Shown here in pieces: positions 55,479 to 63,413 of a DNA stretch of 64,000 nt (the first letter of the stretch is position 1; every line of letters begins with the position of its first letter). The stretch covers positions 283,346 through 347,345 of the forward strand of contig DATHJY010000013.1 of assembly GCA_035489575.1 (NCBI GenBank), written 5' to 3'. Source of the DNA: Verrucomicrobiia bacterium. Its GTDB lineage: Bacteria > Patescibacteriota > Saccharimonadia > Saccharimonadales > JAGQNK01. Under the pieces are notes generated by a model that made no database searches, was not told where the DNA came from, and worked only from the letters and a program-made list of their open reading frames with translations. Both the position numbers and the translations under genes were made by a program.

Positions 55479-56504
55479 ATGCGAGTTTCTGATTATACCT
55501 ACGTGCTGCCAGAGGAGCGTATTGCTCTGTTCCCCCCAGAAGAGCGAGGTGCAAGCCACTTGTTGGTATTGGACAGTCAGTCTGGGAAGATTGAGCACAA
55601 GGGCTATCAAGACCTGTTGGAGTACCTTGAGCCCGGCGATGTGGTGGTACTAAATAATACAAAAGTCATAAGGGCACGACTAATGGCGACAACAAGCAGT
55701 GGCCAAACAAGAGAGCTCCTTTTGCTTGAGGATCACCACAATACAGTCCGGACAAAGCGCAAGGTTCTTTACCGCGGCAAGCTGCGAGAGACAGAAACAC
55801 TCACAGTTGGGCCGACGACTGTGCACGTAGACTCAATTCTGGGGGACGGCATTGCCGAGATAAGTAGCCAGCAAGATCTACTTGAGCTAGCCACCCACAC
55901 GGGAAGTGTCCCCCTGCCGCCATACATGCATCGCGACGCGACGCCAGAAGACACCGAGCGTTATCAGACAGTATTTGCAGAGTCCCCAGGTTCAGTTGCA
56001 GCGCCCACTGCATCGTTTAATTTTACCCGGGAGCTCGAGGCAAGGATCCGTGCAAAGAATGTCTCCATTGCCTACCTCACATTGCACGTAGGGCTGGGCA
56101 CTTTCCTGCCCATTAGATCCGACAATATCCAAGAGCACACCATGCATAGTGAGTATTTTGAGATTCCAAAAAACACAGCAGAAATAATCAAAAATACCCT
56201 ATATAACAGAGGGAAAATTGTAGCGATTGGCACAACAGTAGCGCGCACTTTGGAATATGCAGCTCCTTCCCTCCTTGGCTCTCCGGCGACTGATGTTTCG
56301 GGTGAAGCAGACATATTTATCTACCCTGGGTACACTTTTAAAGTTGTTACCACGCTGCTGACAAACTTCCATGCACCCAAGTCGACTGTGCTTATGCTGG
56401 CAGCCGCCAAGGCTGGATGGCAGAATCTAGAACGCGCCTATCACGAGGCACTGGACGAAGATTATATGTTTCTGAGCTATGGTGACTCCATGCTAATCTT
56501 ATAA
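55479..56504 (+). CDS. queA: S-adenosylmethionine:tRNA ribosyltransferase-isomerase
   Basis: MRVSDYTYVLPEERIALFP...SRLL-type N-terminus, VAAPTASFNFT, GTTVARTLE. Confidence 0.9.
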   Translation: MRVSDYTYVLPEERIALFPPEERGASHLLVLDSQSGKIEHKGYQDLLEYLEPGDVVVLNNTKVIRARLMATTSSGQTRELLLLEDHHNTVRTKRKVLYRGKLRETETLTVGPTTVHVDSILGDGIAEISSQQDLLELATHTGSVPLPPYMHRDATPEDTERYQTVFAESPGSVAAPTASFNFTRELEARIRAKNVSIAYLTLHVGLGTFLPIRSDNIQEHTMHSEYFEIPKNTAEIIKNTLYNRGKIVAIGTTVARTLEYAAPSLLGSPATDVSGEADIFIYPGYTFKVVTTLLTNFHAPKSTVLMLAAAKAGWQNLERAYHEALDEDYMFLSYGDSMLIL

Positions 56505-56507
56505 ACG

Positions 56508-56819
56508 ATGAAACAGCACTCGCTACACACCCTGAGGAAACTTAAACTCATAGCCATTATTGTCACTGCCTGCACTCTTCTTTTGGCGGTCGTTCTTAGT
56601 CTTAGCAGCCTTTTGCCTACGTATGAGCTTGCCGGGAAAGCGCTAGATGAGCCTCAGAACACACAATCCATCAAAAAGCTTGAAGGATATCAGAGAAGAG
56701 CACATACAGGACAGGCCCTCATGTATCTGTCGATACCCTTCGGGGCAGTTGCACTTGCTCTCTATTTTGCTGAGCAAAAGTCACAGAATCATACGAAATC
56801 TAGCGCCCCTCGACCCTAG
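56508..56819 (+). CDS. Hypothetical 2-TM membrane protein (103 aa)
   Basis: ORF track only. Hydrophobic segments LIAIIVTACTLLLAVVLSLSSLL and ALMYLSIPFGAVALALYFA. Confidence 0.5.
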   Translation: MKQHSLHTLRKLKLIAIIVTACTLLLAVVLSLSSLLPTYELAGKALDEPQNTQSIKKLEGYQRRAHTGQALMYLSIPFGAVALALYFAEQKSQNHTKSSAPRP

Positions 56820-57054
56820 ACTAAGTCGATTGAAATATCGAAGGTGTCGGGTGGCTTTTTTCAGCCATCACTCTGTGCGCCCCTTCTCTAGTACATCTTG
56901 CGGAAGCCTGTTAAGGATAGCCGAGTTGTCCAGATAGTCTTTTTCGTACAGGGATAGGCCGTCAGTTTACGTAGTCGACCATCTTTTTTTACTTTTCTCT
57001 ATACTAGAGAGACATAAGCTTTCAAAAGTGTCAAAATATATCTCAAGTACTCTA

Positions 57055-57084
57055 GAAATAAAAAAATCCATGCATGATGGATCT
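57055..57084 (-). terminator. Intrinsic terminator after tRNA-Pro
   Basis: In the RNA sense: ATCCATcatgcATGGATttttttattt. Confidence 0.6.
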
Positions 57085-57089
57085 TTAAT

Positions 57090-57166
57090 TGGTCGGGGTG
57101 ACAGGACTTGAACCTGCGACCTCACGGCCCCCAGCCGTACGCGCTAGCCAACTGCGCCACACCCCG
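57090..57166 (-). tRNA. tRNA-Pro (GGG), CCA encoded
   Basis: The reverse complement is CGGGGTGTGGCGCAGTTGGCTAGCGCGTACGGCTGGGGGCCGTGAGGTCGCAGGTTCAAGTCCTGTCACCCCGACCA. It folds by hand into a cloverleaf with anticodon loop CUGGGGG. Confidence 0.9.
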
Positions 57167-57210
57167 ACATACAAAACTTTTCACTTATGATAGCACCTCA
57201 AGGCCGTGAG

Positions 57211-57345
57211 GACCTCACGGTCGACGCTGGCGACCCCGAAACTTCATCTTTGAAAACAAGTTTTCAAGAGAAGGTTTCCTTGCAGACTGCCACGGGCAAT
57301 CTTCACCCCAGCCGTACGCGCTAGCCAACTGCGCCACCCCGACAT
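57211..57345 (-). pseudogene. Decayed second tRNA-Pro copy: 5' half, an 85-nt insertion, then the anticodon-stem 3' strand, with no T-arm or acceptor 3' strand
   Basis: 57306-57337 is identical to 57129-57160 (32 nt), and the upstream flank is shared apart from a 2-nt deletion at tRNA positions 8-9. GACCTCACGG (57211-57220) repeats 57118-57127. Confidence 0.6.
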
Positions 57346-57530
57346 TAAATTCGCAAATTGTCCTTAGCGAATTTGGAAACAAGAAAGCTGAGCTCGCCGA
57401 CATGACAACCTGGAATTAAAACCCAGGTGGGTGCTCGCACGGTATAACCACGGCCATACACGAATATTGAACTCCCGAATGATAAGTATTCAGATTATCA
57501 TTTAGCCAGCGATTACCCAGCTAAGACACA

Positions 57531-58181
57531 TTATACCTGAATACCTGCGCCAAGGAGAAGCCTTAATAAGTCACTACTTATATTGGCAACCAATGGCCCT
57601 AGGATAGGAGCCAGTAAAACAAGGAATATGATAAGAGCCGTGAAGCCCATCGATTCTATTTGATACATGATCTTTTGCAACGGCTCAGGTGCAACTGCGT
57701 ATAAAGCTCGCGAGCCGTCTAACGGCGGGAATGGAATAAGGTTAAAGACAAAGAATGCGATGTTAATCTGGACAAATAACAGAATGAAACTGGCGACCCC
57801 CTCTGATAACGACAAAGATCTCCATACGCCAGCACCTGCTAATGCGAGTAACAGGTTAGTAAACGGACCAGCCAGCCCAATAAGTGCCGCCCCAAATTCT
57901 TCGTATTTTACGCGCATGGGATTAAACGGTACCGGTTTTGCAGCAAAAATGGGTGGCAAACCAAGCATGATTAGTCCCACCGGTAACAATAAGGTCATGT
58001 AGATATCTATATGCCTGAAGGGGTTGAGGGTTAGCCGGCCAAGGTCTTTTGCCGTAGGATCGCCCAGCCAGTGGGCCGTAAAGGCGTGCATCGCCTCATG
58101 AAAGCCCATGGAAAATAGGATGACTATAATAATGCTGAGTATGTCGCTGACCGCAAATTGCATGAGCTTATAGTATACCAT
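57531..58181 (-). CDS. Site-2 protease family (peptidase M50-like) membrane metalloprotease
   Basis: 216 aa, polytopic. HEAMHAF is an HExxH motif within a TM helix, and the ...PPLDGSRAL motif is present. The start may instead be Met7 (58163), because the rpmB -35 element overlaps 58181. Confidence 0.75.
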   Translation of the reverse strand: MVYYKLMQFAVSDILSIIIVILFSMGFHEAMHAFTAHWLGDPTAKDLGRLTLNPFRHIDIYMTLLLPVGLIMLGLPPIFAAKPVPFNPMRVKYEEFGAALIGLAGPFTNLLLALAGAGVWRSLSLSEGVASFILLFVQINIAFFVFNLIPFPPLDGSRALYAVAPEPLQKIMYQIESMGFTALIIFLVLLAPILGPLVANISSDLLRLLLGAGIQV

Positions 58182-58209
58182 TGACCTACAGGGGGAAAAC
58201 AGATATAAT
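58181..58209 (+). promoter_or_regulatory. rpmB promoter
   Basis: TTGACC (58181-58186), 17 nt, TATAAT (58204-58209). Confidence 0.7.
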
Positions 58210-58235
58210 CACACCTTGAATCAAAGGAAATCACG

Positions 58236-58454
58236 ATGCAAGTATGTGAACTAACCGGCAAGGGCAAGCAGTTTGGCAACAACATTAGCTTTTCCCAGCG
58301 CCACACCAAGAAAGTCTGGAAGCCCAATCTACAGAACAAGACTGTTATTGTTGATGGCAAAAAGGTTACCATGAAGCTGAGCACTCAAGCTATCCGTACC
58401 CTTAAGAAAAAAGGCTTGATCCCAGACGCAAAAGCAAAGGCACCACAAAAATAA
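58236..58454 (+). CDS. rpmB: 50S ribosomal protein L28
   Basis: MQVCELTGKGKQFGNNISFSQRHTKKVWKPNLQ is typical of bL28. Confidence 0.9.
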   Translation: MQVCELTGKGKQFGNNISFSQRHTKKVWKPNLQNKTVIVDGKKVTMKLSTQAIRTLKKKGLIPDAKAKAPQK

Positions 58455-58472
58455 ACTTCTACCTGCTAAAGT

Positions 58473-58501
58473 AAAAGCTCCCAACTGTTGGGAGCTTTTT
58501 A
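58473..58501. terminator. Bidirectional terminator between rpmB and the MBL-fold gene
   Basis: aaaAGCTCCCAActgTTGGGAGCTttttt. Confidence 0.75.
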
Positions 58502-58520
58502 GTTGGTTTGTGATGTGGGG

Positions 58521-59144
58521 TTATCTCTCTAGTATAACGAGCTGCATCACGTCACTCACTTCGCCAGCTTTTAGCTTGAGCTTGGGCACGGCTTCTTTGG
58601 GTTCCATAGCCAAAGCCTTGAGGGCTTCTGAAAGAGGTTGCTGCGGAACCGGGAAATTGAAACCTGGCTCGTCATAGTGAGTGGGAATAACAATCTTGGG
58701 CTCTATCTTCTTGATAATCTTGAGCGCACCTATGCCATCTAGGGTGTATCCGTTGCCGCCCACCGGGATAAGCAAGACATCTACCATCCCCAGCGACTCT
58801 AGCTGTGCCTCGCTGAGCTCAGGATATATATGCCCTACCACGGCAACCTTAATATCTCCGGCCGTAACTCTAAATATGGTGGCATTGTGTTGGTTGGGCT
58901 CGTCAATGTGCGCCTGAGCGGCTATGCCTTGGATTGATATATCAGACACCTCGTATTCACCCGGTTGATCAATGACTACCTTTGCTTCGGCCGAAGGGGT
59001 ACCGTGTGCCTGGGTGAAAAGTGCTATGTCACCACTTTTAGTAACTGACTTTTGGCCAAGGTCGGCCAGATTGTCATCGATTACAATCGCCGCTTTCTTG
59101 GAGCTTATACGAATACAGTTGCCACCAAAATATTGAAATTCCAT
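58521..59144 (-). CDS. MBL-fold metallo-hydrolase (UlaG-like)
   Basis: 207 aa. MEFQYFGGNCIRISS...AIVIDD...VLLIPVGGNGYTLD...IPTHYD pattern. Assigned by family-level resemblance only. Confidence 0.6.
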   Translation of the reverse strand: MEFQYFGGNCIRISSKKAAIVIDDNLADLGQKSVTKSGDIALFTQAHGTPSAEAKVVIDQPGEYEVSDISIQGIAAQAHIDEPNQHNATIFRVTAGDIKVAVVGHIYPELSEAQLESLGMVDVLLIPVGGNGYTLDGIGALKIIKKIEPKIVIPTHYDEPGFNFPVPQQPLSEALKALAMEPKEAVPKLKLKAGEVSDVMQLVILER

Positions 59145-59147
59145 TGA

Positions 59148-59801
59148 TTATTTCTCCTCTGTCTCTGTTGATTTTGACTTCTTCTCGGGGGATTCGGCTG
59201 GCGGGGTAACGACATTGTGCTTATCTACCAAAACCTGCTTTTTTGACGTGATAACCATGCTCAGGAAGCGGTCATTTATCCTTTGACGATACCGGAACTC
59301 CTGGGGACTCATATGAGTATAACGGAGTTCTTTACCCTCTTGACTCTCCAGGTCCGCCACAAACTTTGCCAACTGCGTCTGATTGATGTCCCCAACAAAT
59401 AAAATATCTATGCCACTGGCCTCGTCCCGAGTGAACTGGCCGGTATAGAGAATAAGGTCGACATTGCCCAGTGCCTTAAAGTCCTGACTCTTAGCGCTCG
59501 CGGGCGTGTCCTTCTTGGTTGTTTTTTTGGTGGTCATAACCCCATCCCCAAAGATTGCCGCTAAGGGTTCGTAGTATTCGTATGTCTGGTTTACCTCGTA
59601 ATATAATCTGGTACTGTTGCTAGTGTTGTCTGAAGAGATAATACCGATACTCAAAAGGTTGGCCAACTCGCGGCGGACCGAGTTGATTTGTTCGTCTATC
59701 TTGCGAGTGATTTCCCGAACATAGAAAGATCGGTTGGGATTACTATAAAAAAGCTGAAGCAGCTTTACCCTCGTTTTTGATCCAAACAATTGCTCAACCA
59801 T
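59148..59801 (-). CDS. Winged-helix transcriptional regulator-like protein (217 aa)
   Basis: The N-terminus LFGSKTRVKLLQLFYSNPNRSFYVREITRKIDEQINSVRRELANLLSIGII is an ArsR-like wHTH. The C-terminal domain is unassigned. Confidence 0.6.
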   Translation of the reverse strand: MVEQLFGSKTRVKLLQLFYSNPNRSFYVREITRKIDEQINSVRRELANLLSIGIISSDNTSNSTRLYYEVNQTYEYYEPLAAIFGDGVMTTKKTTKKDTPASAKSQDFKALGNVDLILYTGQFTRDEASGIDILFVGDINQTQLAKFVADLESQEGKELRYTHMSPQEFRYRQRINDRFLSMVITSKKQVLVDKHNVVTPPAESPEKKSKSTETEEK

Positions 59802-59930
59802 GAAGCCTCCCTGAGAGGGGAATATCCCCTCTCAGCGCGCCGGGAAGCGAATAAATCGCTTCTTCGGGCTGCTCTCCCCTAAGACAATAATGCATTCTCA
59901 TTACTGGTATTGTATCAGAAAAATACCCTG

Positions 59931-60815
59931 CTATAAGGGTATTTTGCTCAAAAACGTTGTGACGAAATCAACAGCCTCCTTGGTGTCAGAGACCCAATGA
60001 ATACTATTATTTCGCCGAAACCAAGTGCGCTGTCGTTTGGCTAAATGCAGATCATTCTGGACGAACAAAGCCTTTGCCTGTTCGAGGCTTATTGTTCCGT
60101 CCACATAACCACGAAATGCTTTATAGCCTGGCGCCTGCAGACCAGGCGCACCCCACCCATATGTACTGCTAATGTACTCCAGCTCGTCTACGAATCCAGC
60201 TCGCACCATTGCCTCTACCCTGTCTTGGATACGCTTTGTCAGTACTGCAGGGTCGACCTGCAGACCTATAACCAGCGTATTGGCCCGCAGTGGACTTTTG
60301 GAGTCCGAAGCCCCACCTGTCTCGAGGGCTCGTATAAGATGGCGGGGGTTCTGGGGATTATTGGGCAAGTCTATCCCCGCTTGGCGTAGACGATCCTGAA
60401 GCTCCTCGACCGATAACTGCGAGAGCTCTTGCCGAATAACTGGGTCGGCCGGCTGCCGGAACTGAAAATCAAATATGACCGCATCTATATATAAGCCCGT
60501 ACCACCCACCATGATTGATACTTTGCCCCTGTCCGCAATGTCATTGATAGCATCTAGGGCTCGCTGTTTGAACTGGGCTGCGTTAAACGATTGGTCCGGA
60601 GAAACGATATCAAGTAAATGATGCTTGATATCTGACTGCTCTTGCGGGGATGGCTTGGCCGTCCCGATATCCATACTCTTATAGACCGTCCGTGAGTCAG
60701 CGCAAATAACCTCGCCGTTGAACCGCCGCGCGAGCTCCAGGGCAAGTGCAGTCTTGCCACTGGCGGTCTCGCCGACCACTACAACAAGCGGCCTTGTTCC
60801 TGCCCGGGCATCCAT
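59931..60815 (-). CDS. miaA: tRNA dimethylallyltransferase
   Basis: P-loop VVVVGETASGKT, plus DSRTVYKSMDIGTAKP and GGTGLYI. It overlaps the upstream gene by 37 nt. Confidence 0.9.
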   Translation of the reverse strand: MDARAGTRPLVVVVGETASGKTALALELARRFNGEVICADSRTVYKSMDIGTAKPSPQEQSDIKHHLLDIVSPDQSFNAAQFKQRALDAINDIADRGKVSIMVGGTGLYIDAVIFDFQFRQPADPVIRQELSQLSVEELQDRLRQAGIDLPNNPQNPRHLIRALETGGASDSKSPLRANTLVIGLQVDPAVLTKRIQDRVEAMVRAGFVDELEYISSTYGWGAPGLQAPGYKAFRGYVDGTISLEQAKALFVQNDLHLAKRQRTWFRRNNSIHWVSDTKEAVDFVTTFLSKIPL

Positions 60816-61111
60816 AACAACTCTTGTACGTTTATTTGAAAGTCTTCATTTACTTGTACGCCCTCGGCCTCTAGGACCTGTTTGTGGCCTTCCCTGCCTC
60901 CTGGATATCCCAAAGCTAAGCCACCTGATCTGTTAACGACACGCTGCCACGGCAGATTGGGATCGCCGAAATGGGCGATACCACCGACGATTCGGGCAGC
61001 TCGAGCGTTGCCACAGAGGGCTGCTATCTGACCATAGGTCATCACCCTGCCCCGAGGTATCTGAGCTACCACTTCTTCTACAAGTTGGCGAAATTGCCCG
61101 TCTGCTTCCAT
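60779..61111 (-). CDS. MGMT-family alkyltransferase-like (ATL) DNA-binding protein without the catalytic Cys
   Basis: IPRGRVMTYGQIA...PWQRVV. Trp occupies the position of the PCHRV cysteine. Confidence 0.7.
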   Translation of the reverse strand: MEADGQFRQLVEEVVAQIPRGRVMTYGQIAALCGNARAARIVGGIAHFGDPNLPWQRVVNRSGGLALGYPGGREGHKQVLEAEGVQVNEDFQINVQELLWMPGQEQGRLL

Positions 61112-61113
61112 GG

Positions 61114-62958
61114 CTATAGTGAAGTCTTGTTTACTCGAGACTTAGCTTCGTTGGCAACTGTCTTGAGGAATTCCTCGATACCGAGAGCTTGGTGCGGTTT
61201 CTGCACTTCCATGTCTGATCGAACCCGAGGGATCACCTGGCCGGTGTCTATCTCTTTTTCACCAACAACAATAGTGTATGGAACCTTCATAAGCTCGGCA
61301 TTACGAATTTTTTTACCTACAGACTCATTGTCATTGTCCAAGTGTATTCGCAGCCCATAGTCCCGTGCCTGCTGCTTCACCTTCTCGGCAAAAGCCACTG
61401 TAGCATCTTCTTGGTTCACGGTTATCAACCGTACCTGTTCAGGGGCCAACCATACAGGAAATTTGCCAGCCGTATGCTCTATGTACACAGAGAAAAAGCG
61501 GTCGAAGCTACCCATGATTGCACAGTGAATCATGATGGGCTGTTGCTTTTCACCCTTCTCGTTGATATAAGTCAGCTCAAAGCGGTCGGGCTGCACAAAA
61601 TCAAACTGTACTGTGGCAACCTGCAAGACTCGCCCTATGGCGTCTTGTGCCATGAAATCGAGCTTGGGACCGTAGAACGCCGCCTCTCCTTCTTCGGCAT
61701 AGTAGTCGAGATTATTTCGTGCAGCAATCTCTGTCAGCTTTTTCTGACCAAAGTCCCAGAGTTCTTGGGAACCAAGATATGACTCGCTATCGTCCCTAAA
61801 TGAGAGCCGAAGTTTGAGCGACATATCTACAGCAGCGTAGAATTCTTGTACCTTTTCTATAAGCTGGTCAAAGATTTCGTCTACTTGATCAGGTCGGCAA
61901 TAGGTATGGCTATCATCTTGGGTCAATGACCTAACTCGAGACAGCCCATGTAATTCCCCCGTCTTCTCATCACGGTAGTTAGTGGTTGTCTCCATAAGCT
62001 TAACGGGAAGGTCCCGATAACTCCGGGAGCGGGCAGCATATATCTGGGTGTGGTGGGGGCAGTTCATAGGTTTCATGACAAGCTCGTCCGACGTTTCTTG
62101 GCTTTTGACTAAGAATAATTCATCGCCAAATTTTGCCCAGTGTCCCGACTTTTCGTAAAGCTCTTTTTTGGTAATGTGTGGTGACCAAACCCGCTCAAAC
62201 CCCAACTGCTCTCGTACTTCTTCAGAAAAACCGATAAGACCATTACGAATGGTCGTGCCCCGAGGGGTATAGAGGGGCAGTCCGCTCCCGACCAGATCGG
62301 AGAAGATAAACAGGTCCAGCTCCTGTCCGAGTTTGCGGTGGTCGCGCTTTTTGGCCTCTTCGAGCATGTCCAGGTGCTTTCGAAGATCCTTCTCTGTTGC
62401 GAAGGCTACGCCATAGAGGCGCTGCATCTGTGGATTTTTCTCGTTGCCACGCCAGTAAGCACCCGCTACACGCATAAGCTTGAACGCGCCCACCTTGCTC
62501 GTTGATTCGACGTGAGGACCCCGACATAAGTCAGTAAAGTCCCCATTCTTATAAAAGGACACTTTGTCCAGTGCCGCGTCCCCTTCCGCAAGGGTTCCGA
62601 GCTCTTCGGCATTGAGATCTTTGGCTACGGTTGTGCCGGCTCGTTTGAGGTCATTCAACAGCTCTTCTTTATATGGCTGGTTGCTCTCCTTGGCCCAAGA
62701 GATGGCATCATCTATGGGCTTCTCGAAACGTTCAAAAGGCTGATTCTCGGAGATGATCTTGCGCATTTCTGTCTCAATGCGCTCGAAATCTTCCTCTGAT
62801 ACCTTGGTATCGCCGAGGTCTATATCGTAATAAAAGCCGCTCTCTACTGCGGGACCCACTCCGAACTTTGCCGTAGGCCACAGGTGTTGGACTGCAGTAG
62901 CGGTGATATGCGCCAGACTGTGTCTTATTGCATATAGTTGGTCGTTTTGTTGGCTCAT
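61114..62958 (-). CDS. thrS: Threonine--tRNA ligase (no N-terminal TGS domain)
   Basis: 614 aa. It starts at the editing-domain motif IRHSLAHITATAVQHLWP and has class II core motifs (FRDE-like region, GSFDRF). The upstream leader displays an ACC specifier. Confidence 0.9.
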   Translation of the reverse strand: MSQQNDQLYAIRHSLAHITATAVQHLWPTAKFGVGPAVESGFYYDIDLGDTKVSEEDFERIETEMRKIISENQPFERFEKPIDDAISWAKESNQPYKEELLNDLKRAGTTVAKDLNAEELGTLAEGDAALDKVSFYKNGDFTDLCRGPHVESTSKVGAFKLMRVAGAYWRGNEKNPQMQRLYGVAFATEKDLRKHLDMLEEAKKRDHRKLGQELDLFIFSDLVGSGLPLYTPRGTTIRNGLIGFSEEVREQLGFERVWSPHITKKELYEKSGHWAKFGDELFLVKSQETSDELVMKPMNCPHHTQIYAARSRSYRDLPVKLMETTTNYRDEKTGELHGLSRVRSLTQDDSHTYCRPDQVDEIFDQLIEKVQEFYAAVDMSLKLRLSFRDDSESYLGSQELWDFGQKKLTEIAARNNLDYYAEEGEAAFYGPKLDFMAQDAIGRVLQVATVQFDFVQPDRFELTYINEKGEKQQPIMIHCAIMGSFDRFFSVYIEHTAGKFPVWLAPEQVRLITVNQEDATVAFAEKVKQQARDYGLRIHLDNDNESVGKKIRNAELMKVPYTIVVGEKEIDTGQVIPRVRSDMEVQKPHQALGIEEFLKTVANEAKSRVNKTSL

Positions 62959-63151
62959 AGCCGCTCCTTGGTTTAGAGAAATAAAAAGCGCGCCTAGAGA
63001 TTAAAACTCTCTGATAGCGCGTCTCGGTCCCAGATTACGGGAGGTTCCACCTCGACTTTTGCTCTTGCGACATTGGTTATCGTACCTCTGTTGCCACTCC
63101 TACGAAGCTCGGTGGTTGGTGAGGCCACTTCAACACTTAAGCCTTATTATA
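62959..63151 (-). promoter_or_regulatory. T-box leader (Thr specifier ACC) of thrS, with promoter and terminator
   Basis: In the RNA sense: GUCGAGG-UGGAACC-UCCC-guaaucu-GGGA-CCGAGAC is the antiterminator (bulge at 63043-63051). An overlapping terminator GACGCGC..AGAGA..UCUCU..GGCGCGC + UUUUU lies at 62983-63025. The GUGG-CCUCACCAA-CCAC hairpin shows ACC+A at 63118-63120. The -10 TATAAT is at 63146-63151. Confidence 0.7.
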
Positions 63152-63413
63152 CACCCCTGTTATAAAAAGAAAAAGTGATTGAACGCTCTCGCAACTGCAT
63201 TCAATCACTTTCTTTTCTGGTCAAAACCTCTCGGCAAAACTTCGCCTACAAAGATCATACCATACTGGTATGATCCGGCTAGCCTTTTTATGCTGTTTTT
63301 CTTACATCTCCACATGGGGATAACTCAACCGAGCCGATATCATATTTGATATACAAAATAAGCCCTCCTCGTACAAAATGCCAACCAGAACCTATGTATG
63401 CTACAATTATATT

